Of a stretch of 64,000 bases of DNA, positions 46,776 through 56,785 are shown one piece after another. Both the position numbers and the translations under genes were made by a program. How positions within the stretch are numbered: the stretch's first letter is position 1; every line of letters starts with the position of its first letter. Location: positions 3,072,001 to 3,136,000 of the forward strand of contig OZ244960.1 in NCBI GenBank assembly GCA_965222605.1, read 5' to 3'. The notes under the pieces were generated by a model. That model did not search any database. It saw nothing but the letters and a program-made list of their open reading frames with translations, and was not told the origin of the DNA. The stretch is from Candidatus Latescibacterota bacterium (lineage in GTDB: Bacteria > Latescibacterota > UBA2968).

Positions 46776-47858
46776 ATGTTTCGCTCAATATTTCTCGGAC
46801 TGTTGTTACCTCTCATTATTACTTTGCCGGTGCGATCTCAAGAACGTCAGTCAGCATCGTCTCGACTTGTTGACTTGACGAAGGATAATGTCTTTCAACG
46901 CATTTGGGATAGTGACGAGAACCAACTCTCTGTGAGTCGGCGCACAAAGACAGGGGAATGGGTAGATCCAGAGGCTGACATCCTGTTGGACGAGCAGGTG
47001 AGGGCATCGGGAGAACGGGCTATCGATTTGGCTACGCGCCCTTTGTTCCATAAGGTGAATGAAGGCAAGTTGTTCGATCCCAACCGAACTTATGTCAGTT
47101 TCATGAAGCTGTTGGATAACTATGCTATCCGCACTATAGATCCCGAGTTTACCACTGAAGAAGAAGAGGCCGAGCAACAGTATTTTTTATCGCAGATTCT
47201 CCAAACTCGACCCATGCAGATCGCCCGAAACTACATTAACCAGACTCTTGGAGAAAATTTGTCGGAGGCACAGTTTCGTCAGGTGCTCCATCGCTTGTGG
47301 TTTGAACTGTACACCAATCGCGGGACAATAGACTTCTGTTCTGGGTTTGAGCATGTCTTTGTTGGAGAGGGGAAATACAAACTGCGACAGGACAATAAAC
47401 GCGAGATTTTCGGTGACGTCTCGGGATACCATTCCTGGGTTAAGTTCTACCTCGACGAGAAGAATAAACGTGTCAACTTCTATGGCTATAATTACGATTC
47501 ACAAGGACCCATGAATCCCAATATGGTCACTTTACAGATGGTGAACACGGTGAGGGATACCCTGGGCAAGCCTATTGCGAAATTGTTTAAGAGGAAGAGT
47601 GGGTTTTTTGTCGGGTCGAGTCCCGAATGTGAAATGGCTATGGCTACGGTCGTCTTTTTCGAGAGTGTGCATGGCAAGATTAGTGACAAACGCCGGGTGA
47701 CGATCAATGGGGCGACTTACAATCTCGTGTTGTATCGCAGTACCAATTCCGATGGTAGCCGCGGAGATTTTATTCGATCATTCTATCCTATTTTCTTGGG
47801 ACTGGATGATGTCGAAAAATCAGATATAGATTTGCCTATTGACGAGGTCATGAAATAG
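46776..47858 (+). CDS. XendoU-family poly(U)-specific endoribonuclease with signal peptide
   Basis: TYVSFMKLLDNY, SGFEHVFVGE, GYHSWVKFYLDEK and K.GFFVGSSPECEMA (His-His-Lys triad); hydrophobic N-terminus. Confidence 0.85.
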   Translation: MFRSIFLGLLLPLIITLPVRSQERQSASSRLVDLTKDNVFQRIWDSDENQLSVSRRTKTGEWVDPEADILLDEQVRASGERAIDLATRPLFHKVNEGKLFDPNRTYVSFMKLLDNYAIRTIDPEFTTEEEEAEQQYFLSQILQTRPMQIARNYINQTLGENLSEAQFRQVLHRLWFELYTNRGTIDFCSGFEHVFVGEGKYKLRQDNKREIFGDVSGYHSWVKFYLDEKNKRVNFYGYNYDSQGPMNPNMVTLQMVNTVRDTLGKPIAKLFKRKSGFFVGSSPECEMAMATVVFFESVHGKISDKRRVTINGATYNLVLYRSTNSDGSRGDFIRSFYPIFLGLDDVEKSDIDLPIDEVMK

Positions 47859-48034
47859 AAATGGCTCACTCATATCGCAGGGCATCTGCCGGTTTTGCGC
47901 GTGAGCAGAGGAAGGTCTTGGGAGAGGCAAATACCTGCAATCATTGTGATGATGTCTGTATCAACAATCAGGTGGGAAGTTGCCATTTTGACCACAGTTA
48001 ATTTCTTTGAGTCTCCCAATCGTCCAGATCCGAG
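47856..48034 (-). pseudogene. Mosaic scar: permease 3' end (RAKPADALRYE*), vapC fragment and antitoxin/vapC junction fragment
   Basis: 47895-47947 matches 40533-40585; 47948-48034 matches 40832-40918; ATAGAAATGGCTCACTCATATCGCA is also at ~56784-56808. Confidence 0.85.
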
Positions 48035-48115
48035 TGGTAAATATAGACTTTTTTTAGAACAGCAAGTTGCGTTTGGTCTTAGACCGTCGGTTTCCCAAGT
48101 GGGCGACCTGATAGC

Positions 48116-50518
48116 TCACTCATATCGCAGGGCATCCACGGGATTGGTGCGGGCGACTTTATAGGCTTGATAACTCACCGTGGTCAATGCGATAAATAAC
48201 GCGAGAAAACCACTCAGAACAAATGCCCATATATCCAGATCAATGCGATAGGCAAAATCCTGTAGCCACCTGTTCATTGCGTAATAGGCGATTGGCCAGG
48301 CGATAAGATTTGCAATGCCGACAAGTAATGCAAACTCTTTTGACAACATGAGCACGAGATTAGAAACCGATGCGCCCAATACTTTGCGGATGCCGATTTC
48401 TTTGATGCGCTGTTGTGCGGTGAAAGAGGCGAGTCCGAACAGTCCGAGGCTGGCGACAAAGATGGCGAGGATAGAGAAGAGGCTAAACAGAGTGCCGATC
48501 TGTTCTTCTGTGCGATACAGTTTGTCGTAGTCGTCGTCGAGAAAGAAATAGTCGAATGGCTTATTCGGCGCAATTTCCTTCCATTGTGTCTTCAAAAAAC
48601 CGAGTGTACCTGCGACATCATCGGAACGAATTCGGATAGCAAAATACTCAAACCACTTCTCAACCGTGGTGATAATTAGCGGTTCTATTTGATGATGCAG
48701 GGACTGATAATGAAAGTCTTTCACCACACCTACGACCTCTCCTCTATACTCTACCTTCACCTCACCACCCTGTGGCCATATATTTTCCACTTCCTTACCC
48801 GCACACGAAGTCCATCCAAAGTGTCGCATGGCGGCTTCATTCAGGATGAGTTCTCCCTCTCCGTCATTCATCATATCTTTTGAAAAGTCTCTACCTTCTA
48901 CAAGTTCAAGACCATAAGTCGAGATAAATTCGCGATCAACCACAATCTTGTTCATCGCGGAACGACCATGAGATGTGTCATCACCATGAGCGCGAAAAAA
49001 GCTACCGGCAACACGTCGGCCAGGCACACTTGAAGACTTCGAGGTGTTCAATACATTTGCATACCCCGACAATTGCGATTTATAACGCTCTGTCACACGC
49101 ATACCGGGATAGGGCATCACAATGACGTGTTCTTTATCGAAGCCAAGGTTCTTGTTTTTGATGTAATCCGATTGATGGTAAACGACAACTGTTCCAATAA
49201 TAAGAATGATTGAAATGACAAACTGAAATACGACGAGCGTTTTGCGGGAACTGGAGGTCTTCAATCCTCGCTTCAAGGTGCTTTTTAGCACCTCTACTGG
49301 CTGAAAAGCGGAGAGGAAAAAGGCGGGATAAATCCCAGAGAGCAGCCCTGCAAATAACACCACACCGAGCAAGGTCAACACGACATGCCAATTTCCCGTG
49401 TAATCCAATACCAATTCGCGCTGGATAAAGGCGTTGAATGAAGGGAGTGCGACTTCGACAAAAGCGATGGCAAAAGATAGGGCCAATAACGCCAGCAATA
49501 TGGATTCACCCATAAATTGACGGATTAGTTGCAGGCGGTTGGCGCCAACGACTTTTCTCATGCCGACCTCTTTTGTTCGAGTTGCTGAGCGAGCCGTGGA
49601 GAGGTTCATAAAATTGACACAGGCGAGTATGAGCACAAAAAGGGCAATGATGAGGAAAAGATAAACATAACGAATATCGCTGTTTTCACTCATTTCCGCT
49701 TCTAAACGGGAATGCAAATGAATATCGGTCAGGGGTTGTAGGAAGTAATCGATTTTAAAGCCTGTAGCTTTGCTTTGTCCACCTGTATGTGCCTCAATAA
49801 AGTCGGGCAATTTCGCTTCTAATTCACGAGCAGAATCACTTTGCTGAAGTAGCAAATAGGTATAAAAAACATTCGTTGTCCAATCTGGTTGATGATGGGA
49901 TATAGGAGACGCGAGAAAGTCGAATCGGAAATGAGAGTTGTGAACCGTGTCCTTCAAAACACCTGTCACCTTAAATGCTTTTTTTCTTTCCAATTCATAG
50001 AACGACAGGATTTGACCTATCGGGTTTTGTCCGCCAAAATACTTCTGAGCTACTGCTTCTGTAATCACAACAGAATGGGGCTCCAAAAATACTGTCTCTG
50101 GATCCCCCTTGCTGAGTGGAAAATTGAAGACTTGAAAAAAATTAGGATCGGTGAACCAAAGATTATCTTCAAAGAAGACCTGACCGTGTTGGTCCTCAAC
50201 AAGCGTTCTTGGATCGGTTCCCTCGAAAAACCGCACAGCCTCTATCACTTCGGGATAGTCTTTGACAAGTGCAGGTCCCATCGGAAATGGCGTGACCGGG
50301 GCTTGACGCAGGACCTCGCCGATTTTCACCTTTGCGGCAACCCGATAAATTCGATGCCCGTGTTCGTGGTGCTGGTCGTAGCTCATTTCGTATTGAACAT
50401 AGAGCAAAATGAGGATGCAACAGGCCATGCCAATTGCAAGGCCGAGGATGTTGATCGCAGAGAAGGTTTTGTTTCTGGCGATGTTGCGGACCGCAACTGT
50501 CAGATAATTTTTGATCAT
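48116..50518 (-). CDS. ABC transporter permease (paralogue D)
   Basis: Permease motifs; C-terminus near-identical to 63719-64000. Confidence 0.92.
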   Translation of the reverse strand: MIKNYLTVAVRNIARNKTFSAINILGLAIGMACCILILLYVQYEMSYDQHHEHGHRIYRVAAKVKIGEVLRQAPVTPFPMGPALVKDYPEVIEAVRFFEGTDPRTLVEDQHGQVFFEDNLWFTDPNFFQVFNFPLSKGDPETVFLEPHSVVITEAVAQKYFGGQNPIGQILSFYELERKKAFKVTGVLKDTVHNSHFRFDFLASPISHHQPDWTTNVFYTYLLLQQSDSARELEAKLPDFIEAHTGGQSKATGFKIDYFLQPLTDIHLHSRLEAEMSENSDIRYVYLFLIIALFVLILACVNFMNLSTARSATRTKEVGMRKVVGANRLQLIRQFMGESILLALLALSFAIAFVEVALPSFNAFIQRELVLDYTGNWHVVLTLLGVVLFAGLLSGIYPAFFLSAFQPVEVLKSTLKRGLKTSSSRKTLVVFQFVISIILIIGTVVVYHQSDYIKNKNLGFDKEHVIVMPYPGMRVTERYKSQLSGYANVLNTSKSSSVPGRRVAGSFFRAHGDDTSHGRSAMNKIVVDREFISTYGLELVEGRDFSKDMMNDGEGELILNEAAMRHFGWTSCAGKEVENIWPQGGEVKVEYRGEVVGVVKDFHYQSLHHQIEPLIITTVEKWFEYFAIRIRSDDVAGTLGFLKTQWKEIAPNKPFDYFFLDDDYDKLYRTEEQIGTLFSLFSILAIFVASLGLFGLASFTAQQRIKEIGIRKVLGASVSNLVLMLSKEFALLVGIANLIAWPIAYYAMNRWLQDFAYRIDLDIWAFVLSGFLALFIALTTVSYQAYKVARTNPVDALRYE

Positions 50519-50589
50519 GATTTTATCACCTGTTCCATCCTGTTATCTCGTAGCAAGCCATCAGTCCAACCAGCCCCCAGCCCCCATTT

Positions 50590-53089
50590 TCACTCATATC
50601 GCAGTGCATCAATTGGATTGGACCGCGCTGCGCGAATGGCTTGCATGCTCACGGTTCCAAATGCGATGATCAGAGCCATTATCGCACTTGCAACAAAGGG
50701 CAATGCATTCAGGTCTGTCTGATAGGCAAATCCAGAGAGCCAGTTGTGCATCAGATAGTAGGCGATTGGCCAGGCGATGCCGTTGGCGAGAAGAACGAGG
50801 AATATAAATTCGCGCGAGAGTAGCATGACCAGATGCGAGGTGGATGCGCCCAGTACCTTCCGCACGCCAATTTCTTTGGTGCGAGACTGCACCATAAATG
50901 CCGCCAGTCCGAATAGTCCCAAGCACGCCACAAAAATTGCGAGCAACGAAAATATCCCGAGCATTTTGCCGGTGAGTTGCTCGTTGAAATAGATCCAATC
51001 TATGATTTCGTCCAAAAAGTGATATTCAAAGGGTACGTCTGGCACAAAGCGTTTCCATTGCGTTTCGAGAAAGGACAGGGTTTGCGCGGTGTTTTCTGGT
51101 CGGATGCGTAAAGCCAGCGCATAAAACATCTTCCAGCGGGCCAAAAACCCCATGGGGGCGATTTCTTCTCTTAGTGTCAAATTGTGGTAGTCTTTTACAA
51201 CGCCTATTACGGTCAGGGATAGGTTGTCATATGCTGGTAACACAATCTGTTTGCCAATCGGGTCGTCCTCCCAGCCGAGCAGGCGCACGGCTGTTTCGTT
51301 CAAAATAATTGCCTGAGAGGTATCGCTGGCAATAGCGGCTGAAAAGGCGCGACCGCGAAGTACGGGGATTTCAAATGTTTCAAAAAACGAGTCGTCAACT
51401 TCGTTTATGCGAAATGTTCGTTCTTTTGTGCGGTCTCCATCGGGCCAGTCGCAGTCGTCCGCTGTATCCTATAATGCGGTATCGCAGTGCTGATGCGCTG
51501 AGGATATTGGGGTGTTCGAGAAAGACCTGTTTGACCATCTGGTGGCGTGCTGAAAGACGTTTTTGTGGGTTTGGCTCTCCGGCAAAGTCCTGGACGAAAA
51601 TCGGCAAACTCACAATGTGATCGCGCGCAAAACCCATATCTTTGGTGTCTATAAATCGCAGTTGCTGATAGACCACCAGGGTGCAGATCACCAGCAAAAT
51701 GGACATGCCAAACTGAAAAACTACGAGTCCTTTCTTCAGTCCAGTGGAACCCGGGGAGGAAGACGCACTGCTTTTTAATGCTGTTACCGGGCGAAAAGAG
51801 GAGAGGAAAAACGCTGGATACCATCCCGCCAGTAATCCGACCAACAATGTGAGTGCCAATACCGCTGGCGCACCTGCCATCACGATAGCCGCGTTGAGGT
51901 GTAAATCGCCGCGCACAAATTGATTGAATAAGGGCAGGCATATCTCGACCAGTGCGAGGGCAATCAGCAGGGCGGAACAGGTTAAAAGCAGGGATTCGCT
52001 CAAAAATTGGACCATCAGTTGTGGGCGATGCGCGCCAACCACTTTTCGCACGCCCACTTCGCGCTTGCGGGTGACAGCGCGTGCAGTTGCCAGGTTTGTA
52101 AAGTTCACGCAGGCAATGACCACGAGGATCAGCCCAATGGCTGCCAGCATGTAAATGTGTTGCATGGGGCTGTCGGCAGTTGGGTTAAAATCGGATTCGC
52201 CATGCAAGTACACGCGGTGTAGGGGCTGTAAATAGTAGGTATTTTTTCCTGCAACTTCATCTCCCATATACTGCTTGATCAACGACTGAAGGGGATAATG
52301 AGGCCAATGAGACTTATGTTGAGCCGCAACTTCATCTCCCATATACTGCTTGATCAGCGACTGCATTTTCGCTTGTAGGGTTTCTGCGTTTTGCCCTGCT
52401 TTTAATAGCACAAAGGTGTTTACTGGACGCCACGATAGCAAAGGCCGCCACATCGTCCATACTTGTTGTGTTTCTTCTACAGGGGGTATGGTGGTTGAGA
52501 GTATTTGAAAATAAAGCTCTGGTGAGAGATGTGGCTTCTTTACAATGCCGGTGACTGTGTACTTGCCAGGGAAACTGTTGTCGTCGATTGAAAATGTTTG
52601 TCCCATTGGGTCAGTATCGCCAAATAAGTGTTGCGCCATGTCGTCGGTGATGACCGCAGAGTAGGGCGTGCGAAATGCGGTCTCTAAGTCGCCCTTTATG
52701 AGGGGAAAATCAAATACGTCTAAAAAGTTGTCATCTGCCAGCGCAAAGGAGTATCGACCCTTGCGCTCGCCGTATTGTGCAGACACCCCCCCCCACCAGA
52801 TACGCACAGTTGTTTCTACTTCGGGAAATGTTTCTTCCAACACAGGACCGAGTGCGCCTGATGTGCCGTTGCCATAAGTTGTTTGTGTGCTGCTGCGTTG
52901 TTCTCGAATCACTTTGTAAATGCGGTCGCCCAGGGTGTGAAAACGATCTGCTGCAAACTCCTGTTGGATATACAACAGGATCAAAATGCCACACGCCAGC
53001 CCGATGGCAAGTCCCAATACATTGATGGCAGTGTACAATTTGTGCCGCATCAAATTGCGGATCGCAACGGTCAGATAATTTTTGATCAT
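50590..53089 (-). pseudogene. ABC transporter permease (paralogue C), frameshifted by a 5-bp deletion near 51448
   Basis: Split into ORFs 51395-53158 and 50590-51303. Plus strand reads GGCCAGTCGC versus GGCCAGATTAGTCGC in the paralogue at ~57648. Confidence 0.85.
52251..52363. repeat. 38-bp direct repeat, 37-bp unique insert, 38-bp direct repeat (in-frame, +25 aa)
   Basis: GCAACTTCATCTCCCATATACTGCTTGATCA(A/G)CGACTG at 52251-52288 and 52326-52363; a single copy in the paralogue at 58461-58498. Confidence 0.9.
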
Positions 53090-53108
53090 GAGAAGCCTTC
53101 TTAAAAAT

Positions 53109-54929
53109 TTATTGATACCATTGTGCCTGGGCGGAAAATAGCCTGGCATATTCGCCATTGAGATTCAGTAATTCTTCATGAGAACCGGATTCGATGATTT
53201 GGCCATCCCTCATCACAATGACGCGGTCGGCCAATCGGGCAGCTCCCAGGCGGTGAGAAATCATGAGTGCTGTGCGATTCTCTGTCAGATCTACGAATCG
53301 CTCAAACAGGGCCAATTCTGCTTTGGGATCTAATGCCGATGTCGGTTCATCGAGCACGACCAGATCCGCATCTTTGAGATAGGCTCGTCCCAGTGCTACT
53401 TTTTGCCACTGTCCGCCAGATAGATCGCGGTCTCCAAATTTTCTTCCGAGATATCCATCCCATCCATCGCTCAGGTCTGCGTGAATATCGAGGATGTCCG
53501 CCTGGTGTGCAGCAGCGTGGAGTCTGGTGTCGTCAGACAGGGCGTCCAACTGTCCAAATCCGATATTTTCTCTGAGTTTCAGATCAAATTTTGCATAGTC
53601 TTGAAAAACCGCTGCAACGCGACTTTGCACTTCTTCGGGTGATCGTTTATCTATATCTCCATCCACCATGTAAATCTCACCCGCGTCGGGAACGTACAGT
53701 CCGATGAGTAATTTTACCAGTGTTGTTTTGCCGGCTCCATTTTCTCCCACAATCGCGATTTTCTCTCCGGCTTGAATTTGTAAATTCACATTTTTAACTA
53801 CGGGATCAGTCCCTGATGGATAGGTGAAAGTAACATCCTGGGCAGTGATGGCGAGTCCCTGTTTTGTGTTGGATGTCTGTTCAATGTGGGGCGCACTGAT
53901 TTTCTCGGTTGGCTCTTTCTCCTGCTCTTTCGCGAGCGCGAAAAACTCGAACGCATCGCCCAGAAATTCCGAGTGTTCGAGTATATCGCCCACGCTCTGG
54001 ACGGTGCCCTGTAAAAAATTTTGGAAACGCGTCGCATAACTGATCACCACGGCCAAATCGCCAATTGTGGCTTGTCCCATAACAACGGAATAGATAATTA
54101 GAGATAGCGCACCGGCATAGCTCAGCCATTCCCAGAAGCCTCCAAATGCATGATAGCCCGAGTCGCGTTTATGGACATTCAAAACGTCTTTTTCGCGCGT
54201 TCGCCATGAATGCGCCCAGCGATTGTGCAAAAATCTCGACAAATCGAAGAGGCGCACTTCAGCCGCAGCTTGTCTATCTGTGAGCAATTCCTGGTAATAA
54301 TGCCGCAGCCTGTCGGTCAAGGTGTGCTTTCGTTGCACATCGTACACCATGTGGGCGCGTTTTGATTGTAGCAGAAGAGAGGGGATGATTCCAAGTGCCA
54401 TGATTGGAATGACCCACGGATGCACGACAAACAAAGTGCCGGCAATTGAAGCGGCAATGGAAAACTGCCAAAGGGGAAGGAGCAGGCTGTTGAGCAATTC
54501 CGTGAGGCGGTCGCCTAAATTGTTATTCGCACGTCGGATACAGTCGTAAAACGCACCATCTTCAAATCGGATGAGCGGCGCATTGGCGGCTTGTTCGTAA
54601 ATGCGCGATTGTATGTGATAAGTCGCGTGGTCGCGGAGATAGGCCATGATGATCGGACGAATCATATTCATGGTCATCTCAACCAAAGTGGCTGCGATGT
54701 AGAGGAGCATATAGGTCGGGATATCCCAGGCACCGGGCGTGGGGGATTCGACGAGGGCATTAATCAGTCCCCGCGTAGCCAGGGCATAGGCAATGTAAGA
54801 AAATCCCGGTATCACTGTGGTGGCAATTAAAACGACAAAAGCAATGGGATGTGCGCGCCAGAGTTCGATAACCATAGCGACAATAGGACGCCACAGGCTT
54901 TTTCGTTCGGATGATTTCTCCAGGCTCAT
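53109..54929 (-). CDS. ABC exporter, fused permease/ATP-binding protein
   Basis: TM domain, GENGAGKTT, LSGGQWQKVAL and LDEPTSALD. Confidence 0.92.
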   Translation of the reverse strand: MSLEKSSERKSLWRPIVAMVIELWRAHPIAFVVLIATTVIPGFSYIAYALATRGLINALVESPTPGAWDIPTYMLLYIAATLVEMTMNMIRPIIMAYLRDHATYHIQSRIYEQAANAPLIRFEDGAFYDCIRRANNNLGDRLTELLNSLLLPLWQFSIAASIAGTLFVVHPWVIPIMALGIIPSLLLQSKRAHMVYDVQRKHTLTDRLRHYYQELLTDRQAAAEVRLFDLSRFLHNRWAHSWRTREKDVLNVHKRDSGYHAFGGFWEWLSYAGALSLIIYSVVMGQATIGDLAVVISYATRFQNFLQGTVQSVGDILEHSEFLGDAFEFFALAKEQEKEPTEKISAPHIEQTSNTKQGLAITAQDVTFTYPSGTDPVVKNVNLQIQAGEKIAIVGENGAGKTTLVKLLIGLYVPDAGEIYMVDGDIDKRSPEEVQSRVAAVFQDYAKFDLKLRENIGFGQLDALSDDTRLHAAAHQADILDIHADLSDGWDGYLGRKFGDRDLSGGQWQKVALGRAYLKDADLVVLDEPTSALDPKAELALFERFVDLTENRTALMISHRLGAARLADRVIVMRDGQIIESGSHEELLNLNGEYARLFSAQAQWYQ

Positions 54930-56785
54930 CGGTACCACCTCGCTTGAGATTCAAACATCTCTGCGTACTCTCCACCTTCGCGCAACAACTGATCGTGTGT
55001 GCCTTCTTCTATAACGGTTCCTCCGCGAAAGACGAGGATGCGGTCTGCCAAACGCGCCATGCCGAGTCGGTGGGCGATCATTAATGCGGTGCGCCCGGCA
55101 GCGAGTTCCCGAAAGCGTTCAAAAATTGCGAGTTCAGCCATTGGGTCCAGGGCAGCAGTGGGTTCGTCGAGGACGATTACTTCAGAATTTCGGAAAAAGG
55201 CTCTTGCGAGTGCCACGCGTTGCCACTGTCCTCCCGAAAGATCGACGCCACCCATTTCGGGGCCGATGAGTGTGTCGTATCCCTGGGGCAAAGAATCGGT
55301 TATATCCGCACCCACTTGAACAGCGGCGCGATTTACAGCGAGTTTCTGTTCTTCGGTTTGAACCTGGGATAGGGCGATGTTTTCGGCGAGAGAAAGATGG
55401 TAGCGGACATAAGATTGCATGACGGCTGAGTATGCGCGATAGAGCACATGTGGTTCTATGTCTTGATAATCAATGCCATCGGCTAAAATCACGCCTGAAT
55501 CGGGGCGATAGAGTCCCAATAACAGGCGGACAAAGGTGGTTTTACCCGATCCATTTTCGCCGACAATGGCGACTTTTTCTCCGGCGTTGATCTCGAGATT
55601 TAGATTTCGGAGCGCAGGGGCTTCGCTTCCGGGGTAGGTATAAGTCACATTTTTTACGACGATGCCTTGGCGCAAGGGTTTTGGAAATGGTCTGGTATTT
55701 TTTGTCGGGTCAGGAGATGGGGCACTGTATTCGGGCAGGTCGAGAAAATGGCGCAGGTCTGACGCATAACCCGAAGATTCTCCTAACTGGCGAAGGGCCA
55801 GTACGATCAAATACATGGGATCGAGGATGCCCGAAACCGCTTGAAAGAAAATCGTATAGAGACCGGGAGATGCATTTACAGACGGACTGACGGCAATATA
55901 GTATAAGGCACTGATACTTGCCAGAACGGCGATGCCGTACGTGCCAAACTGTTTGAGATCTACCCGGATAGCCTCGCGGCGCAATTCATTTCTGGAGTCC
56001 CAATAGAGTTTTGTCCACCTGTCAATCAAATATTGTTTCAAATCATAAAGACGCGCCTCTTTAGCTGTATTGCGGTCAATTAGTATGGCGCCGTAATAAT
56101 CTGCCAAACGCCGCTTAAATGTTTGGCGACTCAAGACAGACCAGACATCCTGACCTCCCTTCATGGCTATCCAGATAGATACCCCTGTAAGTCCCACTAC
56201 GCCCATCAGGATAAAAGGATGGATGACCCAGAGAACAGCACCATATCCGATCAGGCTGGAGAGGTTGCGGACGACGCTCATGACCTGGTCTAAAATATCA
56301 GGTCCTTTTTGTTCGGTTTGAGACATGGCGCGCGTGAGTTCATCGTAATAGCCCGTGTGCTCGAATTGTTCTAATGAGAGGCGAGGGGCTTTGACGATGA
56401 CGAGGCGGGTCAGTTCCCTTCCTGCGGCTTGTTGGAATTTGCCGCTCAACCATGGGTCTATCCACCCCACCAATCGCTGAATAAAAAGTCCCGCGAGAAG
56501 GAAAGTTAGATAGGTGAATACCGAGTTCGGGGATCCGCTGGATCGAACCATATCGACCACAGCATCAACCAAATACTTGGTAATCCACAGGTTGATGGGC
56601 AGTACGAGGCTGCGAATGAGGGACGTAAACGCCCATAAGAGAGCCGGAGATGGTGCCACTTTCAGAACGAGGCGCAATAACCAGATCAGATTCAGGAATT
56701 GTTTTAAGGATCCGAGGCGATCTGCCCTGAAAACTGGAGTGGGCTTGGGCTGGGCGGAAGAGCGGGGAGTATTGGGGGTATTCAT
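54926..56785 (-). CDS. ABC exporter, fused permease/ATP-binding protein (probable heterodimer partner)
   Basis: GENGSGKTT, LSGGQWQRVALAR and LDEPTAALD; ATGA overlap with the downstream gene. Confidence 0.92.
   Translation of the reverse strand: MNTPNTPRSSAQPKPTPVFRADRLGSLKQFLNLIWLLRLVLKVAPSPALLWAFTSLIRSLVLPINLWITKYLVDAVVDMVRSSGSPNSVFTYLTFLLAGLFIQRLVGWIDPWLSGKFQQAAGRELTRLVIVKAPRLSLEQFEHTGYYDELTRAMSQTEQKGPDILDQVMSVVRNLSSLIGYGAVLWVIHPFILMGVVGLTGVSIWIAMKGGQDVWSVLSRQTFKRRLADYYGAILIDRNTAKEARLYDLKQYLIDRWTKLYWDSRNELRREAIRVDLKQFGTYGIAVLASISALYYIAVSPSVNASPGLYTIFFQAVSGILDPMYLIVLALRQLGESSGYASDLRHFLDLPEYSAPSPDPTKNTRPFPKPLRQGIVVKNVTYTYPGSEAPALRNLNLEINAGEKVAIVGENGSGKTTFVRLLLGLYRPDSGVILADGIDYQDIEPHVLYRAYSAVMQSYVRYHLSLAENIALSQVQTEEQKLAVNRAAVQVGADITDSLPQGYDTLIGPEMGGVDLSGGQWQRVALARAFFRNSEVIVLDEPTAALDPMAELAIFERFRELAAGRTALMIAHRLGMARLADRILVFRGGTVIEEGTHDQLLREGGEYAEMFESQARWYR

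Noticed and set aside
52251-52363. Bona fide CRISPR array
   Set aside because: Only two repeats, which are ordinary permease coding sequence; no leader or cas genes. Kept only as a possible off-target integration.
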